This document shows, piece after piece, positions 25,144-35,748 of a stretch of DNA of 64,000 nt. The translations under genes and the position numbers were made by a program. The notes under the pieces were generated by a model that saw only the letters and a list, made by a program, of their open reading frames with translations, did not search any database and was not told the DNA's origin. Origin of the DNA: Mustelus asterias (Eukaryota). The stretch covers positions 21,142,001 to 21,206,000 of the forward strand of contig NC_135827.1 in the NCBI RefSeq assembly GCF_964213995.1, written 5' to 3'. Within the stretch, counting starts at the first letter, position 1. Each line of letters starts with the position of its first letter.

Positions 25144-25350
25144 AGGCGAGATTTTTATCCCACGCCGCAGCACGTTTCGCAGCGAGGGCAGGTACCGTGC
25201 ATTCGCTCGGGCCTGGATCTTATGATTCCGGCATTATCAACAGGGTTTCCCACGCCGAATGCATCCCTCGCCGTCAGGAAACCTGTGCCGGGGTGCACCG
25301 TCAGCGAGGGCAAAATATCCCACTGGCATGAACGGTAGTAAGATTTTGCC
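25144..25350. mobile_element. Short MITE (representative of a family also at ~28460, 29822, 36590, 46625, 58610, 60270 and 62378)
   Basis: Imperfect TIR ggcgagattttta / taagattttgcc, 100-200 bp long, no coding capacity. Confidence 0.6.
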
Positions 25351-25454
25351 AATGGCTTCTGCCTTAAACAGCAATTGCACCACCTCAAGTTGCTTTCGAA
25401 AGGAGGTTGTGCCATTGTGGGAACAGGTCTCTTCCTGTCTGTTGAAGGAACTAA

Positions 25455-25502
25455 CTTGTGATCCAGGGGAAATAAATATGAAAATAAGTAAAAAGATCAC
25501 AT
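25455..25502 (-). pseudogene. Degenerate leader exon of the IgSF pseudogene
   Basis: ATG-TG-ATC... followed by IFLLIFIFISPGSQ+G resembles the leader at 209-257 (FLLKLLFILQTGVQ+G). The ATG is out of frame (ATG TGA) and the phase-1 donor reads ttagtt. Confidence 0.5.
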
Positions 25503-25683
25503 GGAATGTTTAGTCATCTGAGTTCACATGAACAGCAGCTGATTTCCATATGAAGAAATTGCTGACAGCTTTATGTAAACCTGAGTTCCATTCCTCACAT
25601 TTAACCCTTCGAGGATGAGAGGACTTCAATGTTGGTGTGCAACAAACATTGAGCGAATGCAACTGTGATCAGATACACACACG

Positions 25684-26738
25684 TGTGCACACACGTGCGC
25701 CCACACACACACACGCCCACACATGCGCGCACACACACACGTGCGCACACGCACACGCCCACACACGCACACGCCCACACACATGCGCACACACACACAA
25801 ACTCACTCAATGGGACAATTTGACAACATTTGAAGAGCACCAGAATCAAAGAAAGTTATATAGACAACATGAGGGGTCAGGTTTACTTATTCTCACCTCA
25901 CGGGGGCGATTCTCCCCGACCGCCCCCCCACCCGTCCCAAAGCGTCCCGATCTCCAGCCCCCCTTTCAGCCCCCCAGCAGTGACAATCCCCCCACTACCT
26001 CCTCACCCCGGCAGACCCCCCCCCACCCACCCCCACAGGAGGCAGACCCCCCAGTCCGCCCCGATGATGGCTTCTCTCCAGCCCGTTCGATCCCCATGCA
26101 GAGAGGCAGTGGGACTCCCCACCCCCACTGATCGCCCCTAAGCTCCTTAGGCTCCTCCCCCTGGGCCCTACCTCCTTGGCACTGCTCAGTGGACAGTGTC
26201 AAGGTGCCCCTGGGCATGGGCACTTTGCCATGATGCCCATGCCCAGGGGGCACCACCCCCCTGGGGGCCCCGATTGCCCCCTCCTTCATTCCAGTGGGGT
26301 CTCCCACTAGTTCCCCGAAAGTGGGGAGCTACTATATGCCTACTATATTGAGTGAAGTTGTATCGGCGGGGTGAGAGATGCTATCGGGCCTGGATTATTC
26401 AGACTGTGCCGATATCCGGCGCTCAGAGATGTGTGCGCGTCGGGAACGCATGTGCGAATCCCGCGAATCAGCCCACAGGCGATTCTCCCAGCCCAACGCG
26501 CTAATTTTTTGGGATGGGAGAACGGGAGATCGGGACGCTTTGGGATGGGTGGGGGGGCGGTCGGGGAGAATCGCCCCCGTGAGGTGAGAATAAGTAAACC
26601 TGACCCCTCATGTTGTCTATATAACTTTCTTTGATTCTGGTGCTCTTCAAATGTTGTCAAATTGTCCCATTGAGTGAGTTTGTGTGTGTGTGCGCGCATG
26701 TGTGTGGGCGTGTGTGTGTGGGCGCACGTGTGTGCACA
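25684..26738. repeat. Inverted duplication (25684-25955 / 26525-26738) enclosing a GC-rich MITE (25902-26578)
   Basis: Near-identical inverted arms include a CA/CG microsatellite, ~100 bp of unique flank and the MITE left end. The ORF track shows the same peptide on both strands. Confidence 0.9.
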
Positions 26739-27040
26739 GCGGTTAGCACTGCTGCCTCACAGCGCCAGGGACCCGGGTTCAATTCTGGCCTCGGGTCATC
26801 ATCGCCTGTGTGGAGTTTGTACGTTCTCCATGTATCTGCGTGGGTTTCCTCTGGGTGCTCTGGTTTCCTCCCACAGTCCAAAGATGTGCAGGTTAGGTTG
26901 ATTGGCCATGTTAAAGTGACCCTAGTGTAGGGGGATTAGCTGGGTAAACATTTGGGCTTATGGGGATAGGGCCTGGGTGGGATTGTGGTCGATACAGACT
27001 CGATGGCCTCCTTCTGCACTGTAAGGATTCTATGATTCTA
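26735..27040 (+). mobile_element. HE1 SINE (slightly 5'-truncated)
   Basis: Starts cacagcggttagcactgctgcctcacag directly at the end of the inverted duplication. Confidence 0.9.
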
Positions 27041-28762
27041 GATTGAGGGTGGCAGAATTATAATTATAGTAACTCCAGGAGTCAGCTTAAAGGAACAGTG
27101 CTTTATTACACTAAGGAAAGTAAACCAAAACCACAATCCGGTGGTGAACACAAACAGACCCCAACCTGGACAATACAATAATGGACCTACTCAGGGGCCT
27201 GCTTTATGCAGGGTTCCACAAGGTAAAGTAATTACCAATCATCAGGGAGCTTGTATTCAATGAGTCCTACAAGGAGGTCAATCAGTGATCTCCCCATGCA
27301 AGTCCTGGGGGTTGTCACAATAATAGATCTGAAATATTTCCTTTATTTTGCATTCAGACAGCAGCAATCCACAATTCATCAAGGCACATCTTGTGTTCCT
27401 TCACTTGTCCAATTGCCACAATATTTGAATATTGAGATCAGCCTCACACCATTCTCGGGCGCGAGTCTGGTCCCTTCGGATACCTTGTGCTGGTAAGATT
27501 GCGTGAGGCGAGAAATTGGGCTTGAATCTGATTTCCCAGCTCTCTCGCGACCTTACCAGCTCACGCTGCTCATCAGCCGGCGGGACGAGAAGGTAAGACC
27601 ACCCCCTGACAGCTTATGAACAAGTATAATTGGGTAACTACTTGATACAGGTAAATAATGCTGTTCCATAGCGTTGCTGGGTCAAACTCCTGAAATTCTC
27701 TCCCTAACAAACACTGAGGGTGTGCCTATGACTGCAGGGGTTCAAGAAGGTGGCTCACCACCATCTTCTCAAGGGCAAATAGAGATGAGGAATAAATACT
27801 GGCCTAGTCAATAATGCCTTGAATAAAAGAAAAAATTTTCAAATCTGTCACCTTGTGTATTTGAAGGCAAGAGCTCTGAGAATTGGTGACAGCATTCACC
27901 TTGCCAGTTAACAGACCACCCAGCATGTTACTTCAGCCGTTTCTATCAAGAATGCCCTTTAATGCCACGTCGGACAACTTTCTTTTTACACACTTCATCC
28001 AACATGATCTCCAGAACTGACTCAGCAAATTTGACTGTCTACTGTACAGGATTTTGCAAACTCAAAACCTCTTGAATTAATAGAGGTGAAGATAGTTGTT
28101 GGAGCCCTTTAAATTAGTCAGCTGTAAACCTTGTGAATATCCCTCAGACAACCTGCTGTGCTGGCAGTTCAATAGATAATATATGCAAATTCTGAATATG
28201 GGAGTGGGGGGGTGAGGAAATAACCATACAAGCGCAGAGTGACTGGTCTCACATAGGCTACCCCTAACTTGTGCATGGTCAGAAATTTCCAAGCTGAAAT
28301 CATTGGTGAGTTGTCGTTCCATACATCAATTTATGGATGATAATCATCTTCAGATGTAAAACATTCCTGTGAGTTGCTACTGTTGTAAAATTGGCCAGAA
28401 TTCCAGGTAAGGTCAGCACTCATTTTCTACTCTAACTTACATGTAAAATGATTCAGACATAATTTTACTGGCACGCCCGCTCCAGAATCAGGGCAGGCGA
28501 GGCTTGTAGAACGGCATTCTCCATTAGCCTCGGGATCTTACGAGCCTCGGGTGGGCGAGGCGGTAAAATTCTGACAATTGGGTCTAAGGATGACATCACT
28601 CATAGGAGAATAAAATAGTGCATCAGTCAAATTTTAAAGGGGGGCTTTTACAAGGTTAAATTTAAAGGGATGAGGCAACAAGGAGCGGGACAAAATTTAC
28701 AAAACTTCTGCAGTGCATTAAAAGGTGTTAATAACCTTTGGTAAGACTAAACAGGTATCAGG

Positions 28763-29094
28763 GTGTCCTTTTGGCTAAGATCAAGTGTAGTATGGTCGGC
28801 AGCCCATGGTCGGCCGTGCTTGGTTGAGGTCATTAGGTTACACTGAGGCTTCATATGTTTCATATGAAGCAATTTTTAAAAGCGGCATCACGGCCTTTTG
28901 GCTAAGATGCAAATGAGCTCAAGTCTTGGAGGAGGAACCTCTCCCTTCTCCAATCAGCTTGGCTCATCTAGATCAGGCCCAGGACAGGGTGGTTTGGTTG
29001 CTCGCCCTGTCTTGTCAGCCTGGATCTGAAATGTCTCAACTTGTTGAGACTCTGAATTGGATTTGATTTGATTTGATTGGAAAAGTATTAAAAA
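28763..29094 (+). mobile_element. U2 snRNA-headed SINE-like retroposon with 14-bp TSD
   Basis: TSD aaacaggtatcagg at 28749-28762 and 29095-29108. U2 nt 13-39 exact at 28767-28793; U2 nt 4-27 (2 mismatches) at 28885-28908. (atttg)n plus A-rich tail. Confidence 0.85.
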
Positions 29095-31083
29095 AAACAG
29101 GTATCAGGATGAAGATAAAGATTTCTGAACAAGACAGTCGTACCCAGCAATTGATTCCTCATTGAAAATATTTGAAATAGCAGCAGTGCTGCATCAGTTG
29201 TTTGCAAAGAGAATTTTATTCTTTGATAAATTTAACCTAAATAATAGGATCAGGTTGAGTGCCTGTTTGACATGCTTTTAGTGAAAAGGAAAATTGGCAC
29301 TGTGTAAAAAAGGCAGCAGATCAAATCATTTCCCTACTGCTAGATGTATTAGTTTATAATTCTCCCCTATAGCTCCATCCAATCGGGCACCACTGCAACA
29401 TGCTTACAAGTCCTGTTTCAGGCCACAGTTGGACTTTTTTTTCAACTTATCAATATGATATAGGTTACTGCCCATCTAAATTGCCCTGGGAAGTTATTAG
29501 TTAGCCGCCTTCTTGAAGTGCTACCTTCCTGTATGGTAGTTCCACAGTGCTGTTCGGAAGGGAGTTCCAAATGTTGATCCAGTGACAGCGAAGGCATGGC
29601 TCTAATTTTCCTAATCTATTAAGGTCCTGTCCCTGTACCTGTGCAAGGTACCTGCACCTCTATCGTAAGCATCTTGCCCTCTGCTGGTACAGACTTAGGC
29701 TATCACAGTCATTCTGAGATGGGTTTGCCAGGGCTCTCAAAAATGTTTGATGGCACCAGGGCAAGTGTGGACAGACTCCTGTTCATCTTGCTTTGTTTGC
29801 CTTCATGCAATGCCACATACTGGGTGCGATCTTACCAGCCATTTATGCCACGCTCCCCTGCAGCAAAGTTGGAGAATTTGGCAGCCAGCCAAATCTCCGT
29901 TCACCGAAATGGAACGGGAAAATCCCACCGGCATGAATGGTGGTAATATTCATGCCATTAAGATGCCTCTGAAGAATTAAAGGGGAGATAGATATTCACA
30001 TCTCATTGTGATACAAACAAGAGGTCTTTTGGCACAGCCACCACTGGGAAGGAGAAGCACTTCCACCAGCAATGTCTGCCAAAAGAGGGTTTGCTACCCC
30101 CCTTTGCAGACTGCAGTGTGGGTTCAAGTGCAGATGTGGAGCAGGACATTCAAAGCACATCTTGGGTATCCTGGTATATTTCTGCTGCATCGTTTGTCCG
30201 AAAATGTCAGTTCTAAAGATCCCAGATGGCAAAAAATCTGCTGCCAATAAAGATAGCCCGGAGCAAAGATATCATTAAATAATTACACTTGGTACTAAGC
30301 CCAAGTGCTAGTGAGAAACTAGTACAAGAATAACCATCAAAAGGCCTATTGCACTTAATTTGCTTGCAGATCTGCCCAAGGTCTTATTTCCTGCTAAGTT
30401 TCACCAGTATGTTCCTGGGCCCAAAAAAGACACACGTCTCTTTTCTGCCTCTTCTGAATACTTTAACAAAGCTCCCACTTGCTTCTTGAAGGTGCTTCCA
30501 ACACTTGCCCCCAGCATCACTGAAGATCAGCAGATTTGTTTTTGAAAATTATTCATTCATGGGATGCAGACATTGTTGACTAGACCAGTATTTGTTGCCC
30601 AACCTAATTGTCCTTGAGAAGGAGGTGGTGGTAGTGCCTTAAGAACTGATTTATGTTCCTCGGACTGCTACTGCCTCCAATTGAGCTGTTAGTGATACAA
30701 AAGTCAATCTCCCATTTTTCCCTATTCTTAATTCTAACCATTTCACAAGTTAAGTTGCAGCACCATCTATGGCTCATAATGCAAAGCAAGGGCTGAATTC
30801 AGGCCTTGAAATCACCCTCAGAGCAACCTTCTTGAATAGCTTCACAGCCAGTGCTAATAGTTTTATTAGTGTTGACTGACTGGCCACTGAAGATCTATCT
30901 CAGTCTTGTTTCACATAATTATCAAAATTAGAATTAAAAATAATAGTTCTCTAAAATCATGGGTGTGAATCACAGCTGTCACTATCTGTGAAGATCTATC
31001 TCTGCACCGGTCCTTGTAGATTTAGGTTCTCAGCATTGAACTTGTAAAATGGTAATTGCTTCTCCCACAAGAAGAACTTATTG

Positions 31084-32075
31084 AGGATGGTTTTCTGACC
31101 ACGTCACGCCTGGCACAGATCGCGCTGATCCCAGAAAATAGCATGCAGGCCTAAAAATTAGCTTTGGGCCTATCGCCAAATGGTTTGCAATCATCCCGCT
31201 CCCTTTCTAATACCGCAACCCGGATAGTGCCCATTCGATTTCAAATTCTCCCAGCGCTCGGGACCTTCTGGCCTTTGGGCGCGGCACGAGGCCGGCAATA
31301 ATCACTACTGGTCTCCACTAGCGGAGAACAGGGATGGTGGCCATGCCGAAGTCCTTTCAGACTTTTGAAGCCCCCGGGTGGTCAGGGATATGACTGGGAA
31401 GTACCCATCTGGCACTCTGGGTGTGGGGCCTGAGGGGGGCTATGCGACAACAGGCGGGCGGGCGATGGGGCAGGAGGTCGGAGCGTCGCACAGTGGGGGG
31501 GAGGGGGTGTCGCACGTGGGGGGGGGTCGCGTCGTGGGGGGTGTCGCGCAGGGGGGGAGGGGGTGTCGCGCGGGGGGGTCACGCGGGGGGGTGGGTCGTG
31601 CAGGGGGTGTCATGTGGGAGGGGGGTCACGCAGGGGGAGTTGTCGTGCGGGGGGGTCACGCAGTGGGGGCTCACGCAGGGGGGGGGTCACGCAGGGGGGG
31701 AGCATGTAAGGGGTCATGAAAGGGGACCTATTAGAAGGGCCCCAGGGCCGGGAATCTGTGTCAGGGAGGGGGTGGAAAAACATGCTGCTGATGGGGTGTG
31801 AGGGGTTCCTGATGCCTGTGGAGGGAGGGTGGGAGTCCTCCAGTGCACTAAGAGAACAGGGTGCCCTTTCAAAATGGTGCCTGACTGCTTTGCAGCCGGC
31901 CTCATGGACATGTGTAGACCCCATCCCTCCCAGAAACAGCGCCACATTTACCACTCTCCTAAAAAATGACTAAGTGTGGGATGATTGTGGTCTGGTCCAC
32001 GTTGCACAGACAGGCGTAGCTCTCTTCGGTTTCCTTGCCATTATGACACTTATGTTTTGGGTCAAGTCCGACCCC
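31084..32075. mobile_element. GC-rich MITE-like element with internal G-rich minisatellite (gggggggtcacgca)
   Basis: GC-rich island with an ~12-14 bp G-rich repeat at 31490-31700, flanked by an 86-bp direct repeat. Confidence 0.6.
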
Positions 32076-32249
32076 TATCTCTGCAGTGGTTCCTGCACGC
32101 TTGAATTCTTAACATTGAACTTGTAAAATGGTAATTGCTCCTCCCACAAGCAGAACTTATAGTCTTTAAGACAAGTCTACTCTTGGAAGTGCAGCCTTTT
32201 TTTAAATGTAGGCATTGACGAAGATTCATTCATCAAATTTATTGGGTAG

Positions 32250-34787
32250 TAATGAAGCAGACTTGATGAGGGAGCTTAAGTGAAGGAACCCTAAGGAGGC
32301 AGTGACCATAATATGATGGAATTCACCCTGCAGTTTGAGTGGGAGAAGCTGGAATCAGATGTAACAGTATTACAAATGAGTAAAGGCAACTACAGAGGTA
32401 TGAGGGAGGAGCTGGCCAGAGTTGATAGGGTGAGGAAAATAGCAGGAAAGATGGTGGAACAGCAATGGCGGGAGTTTCTGGGAGTAATTTGGAAGACACA
32501 GCAAAATTTCATCCCAAGGAAGAAGAAGTATTCTAAGGGGAGGATGGGGCAACCATGGCTGAAGGGGAAAGTTAGGAACAGCATAAAAGCAAAAGAAAGA
32601 ACATACAATATGGTGGAGATTAGTGGGAAGCCAGGGGATTGGGAAGCCTTTAAAGGCCAACAGAGGACAACTAAAAAAAGAAATAAGTGGGGAGGGAGAA
32701 GATTGAATATGAGGATAAGCTAGCCAGTAATATAAAAGATTGCAAGAGTTTTTTTTAAGATAGATAAAGTTAAGAGAGAGGCAAGGGTGGACATTGGACC
32801 GCTGGAAAATTATCATAGAATCATAGAAATCATAGAAACCCTACAGTGCAGAAGGAGGCCATTCGGCCCATCGAGTCTGCACCGACCACAATCCCACCCA
32901 GGCCCTACCCCCACATATTTACCCGCTAATCCCTCTAACCTACGCATCTCAAGACTCTAAGGGGCAATTTTTAACCTGGCCAATCAACCTAACCCGCACA
33001 TCTTTGGATTGTGGGAGGAAACCAGAGCACCCGGAGGAAACCCACACAGACACGAGGAGAATGTGCAAACTCCACACAGACAGTGACCCGAGCCGGGAAT
33101 CGAACCCGGGACCCTGGAGCTGTGAAGCAGCAGTGCTAACCACTGCGCTACCGTGCCGCCCTTATGTTGAAGAAATAGAAATGGCGAACAAAGAAATGTT
33201 GGAGGGACTGAATAGGTATTTTGCATCAGTCTTTATGGTGGACAGCAGTAACATACCAAAAATTCAAGAGAGTCAGGGGACAGAGGTGAGTTGGTGGCCA
33301 TTACTAAGAAGGAGGTGCTCGAGAAGCTGAAAGGTCTGAAGTTAGATAAATCACCTGGACCAGATGGACTATACCCCAGAGTTCTGAAGGAGATAGATGA
33401 AGGAGATAGTGGAGACATTAATGGTGATCTTTCAGGGATCACTGGAATCAGAGAGAGTCCCAGAGGACTGGAAAATCACTAATGTAACACCCCTGTTTAA
33501 GAAGGGAGGGAGGCAAGAGACAGGAAATTATAGGCCGGTTAGCCTGACCTCGGTCGTTCGTAATATTTTAGAGTCCGTTATTAAGGAAGAGATTTTGGAA
33601 TACTTGGAAATGCATGGTAAAATAGGGTGAAGTCACCAAGGGGAGGATACGCCTGACAAATCTATTAGAATTCTTTGAAGAGGTAACAAGCAGGTTAGAC
33701 AAAGGAGAGCCAGTGGATGTTATCTACTTGGATTTCCAGAAGGCCTTTGACAAGGTGCTGTACGGGAAGCTGCTGAGTAAGGCATGAGCCCAAGGTGTTA
33801 GAGGCAAAGAACTAGCATGGATAGAAGATTGGCTGACTGTTAGAAGGTAGAGAGCGGGGATCAAAGGGTTCTTTTCAGGATGGCAGTCAGTGACTAGTAG
33901 AGTTACGCAGGGGTCAGTGTTGGGACCACAACCTTTTACTTTATACATCAATGAGTTAGATGAAGGAACTGAGGGCACTGTGGCTCAGTTTCTAAAGTCC
34001 CTTATTTAAGGAAGGATGTGCTGGCCTGGAGAGGATCCACAAGAGGTTCACAAGAATTATCCCAGTTTGACGTATGAGGAGCCTTTGAGGATTCTGGATC
34101 GTATCGATGGAGTTTAGAAGGATGAGAAGGAGATCTCATTGAAACTTACAAAATACTGCAAAGACTGGATAGAGTGGACGTGGGGAAGATGTTTCCATTC
34201 GTAGGTGAGACTAGGATCCAAAGGTACAGCCTCAGAATAAAGGGACAACCCTTTAAAACTGAGATGAGGAGGAATTTCTTCAGCCAGAAGGTGGTGAATC
34301 TATGGAATTCATTGCCACAGAAGGCCGTGGAGGCCAGGTCATTAAGTCTAAAGTCATTAAGAAAGGAGAAAAGTTTAAAGGGAATATTACGGGGGGGCTT
34401 CTTCACGCAGAGAGTGGTGGGAGTGTGGAATGAGCTGCCGGATAAAGTGGTAAATGCTTTTAACATTTAAGAAAAACTTGGACGGGTTCATGGATGAGAG
34501 GGGTGTGGAGGGATATGGTCCCAGTGCAGGTCAGTGGGACTAGGCAAAAAATGGTTCGGCACAGACAAGAAGGGCCAAAAGGCCTGTTTCTGAGCTGTAA
34601 TTTTCTATGGTTCTATGGTTCTATATTGAAGAAAAAGATAGATAGGTTCTTGACTGGTAAAGGGATCAAAGGTTACAGGGAAAAGGGGGAGAATGGGGTT
34701 GAGAAACTTATCAGCCATGATTGAATGGTGGAGCAGGCTCAATGGGCCGAATGGCCTAATTCTGCTTCTTTAGCTTATGGTCTTACA
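32250..34787 (+). mobile_element. Fragmented CR1 LINE ORF2 with nested HE1 and a second CR1 3' end (~34360-34625)
   Basis: SDHNMMEF, DKSPGPDG.YPRVLKE, NYRPVSLTS, DFQKAFDKV and RRNFFSQKVVNLWNSLP pieces, separated by frameshifts. Confidence 0.9.
32812..33162 (-). mobile_element. HE1 SINE inserted in CR1
   Basis: Reverse-complement HE1 with (tttctatga)n tail. Confidence 0.9.
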
Positions 34788-35444
34788 GTTGTTCCAAATG
34801 GAGAAAGGAAAACATTAACCTGAAAAAACTTCTGGTAACTTGGCTGAGTCTGAGTCAGGGCTGTTGCATGGGTTGTTAATGTGAACAGCATGCTGCTTAC
34901 TCAGAGAGCTTTCTAAAATCATGCATTTGAACCTGTTGAAATTGTCTTTGGTGCGTCAGAATCAGGTAAGTGCTCGTGAGGATCATCGTTAGTTCTGTCT
35001 CATCTTGCAGCTGCCAACTTTTCTGGCAGCCACTGTACCAATATAATTAAACTGTGCAGAAACTTTATACCAACTATCCATAAGTATACTTAAATGTGGT
35101 AGATAGCACCATTGTACATGACATCCCAGAAATCAAACTTTATTGCGATCCAAAAAAACTTTAAAATGCTGGGCATTTATAAGCTGCAGCTTGAAGCTGA
35201 CATTTCAGTTAAGGAAATCCCCAACCACACTGCAATGCATTTCTAACTGATTTTAGGTTATCTATAAGAATTACATTTTCAGGACTTGAGGAATACAGAT
35301 CCACATCAGGAGAATAATATTTAATACATTAAATAATATAACACTTTTTTGTACTAAAATAGCATCATGTCTGACTGGCCAGGATCAATGGCCTGTGAAT
35401 GCCCCAGAGGCAGACTTGCAATGAAACACATGTAGACATAGACA

Positions 35445-35748
35445 TAGAATCCTACAGTGCAGAAGGAGGCCATTTGGCCCATCAAGTCTGCACCGACCAC
35501 AATCCCACCCAGGCCCTATCCCCATGCATTTACCCTAGCTAGTTCTCCTGACACTAAGGGGCAATTTAACGTGGTCAATCCACCTAACCCGCACATCTTT
35601 GGACTGTGGGAGGAAACCGGAGCACCCAGAGGAAACCCACGCAGACATGGGGAGAATGTGCAACCTCCACACAGACAGTGACCCAAGTCAGGAATCGAAC
35701 CCGGGTCCCTGGCGTTGTGAAGCAGCAGTGCTAACTACTGTGCCACCC
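35445..35748 (-). mobile_element. HE1 SINE
   Basis: Reverse-complement HE1. Confidence 0.9.

Larger units (their letters stand above)
14259..25502 (-). pseudogene. IgSF membrane receptor (leader-V-C1-C2/I-TM with Arg), probably a pseudogene
   Basis: Four phase-1 exons with canonical AG/GT plus a degenerate leader. Lesions: TGA at 19002-19000, 304-nt (frameshifted) C1 exon, TAG at 16906-16904, TGA at 14268-14266. Confidence 0.85.

Noticed and set aside
28767-28793. Functional U2 snRNA gene
   Set aside because: Only 27 nt of U2 are present; the rest of U2 and its promoter are absent, and the segment lies inside a TSD-flanked insert.
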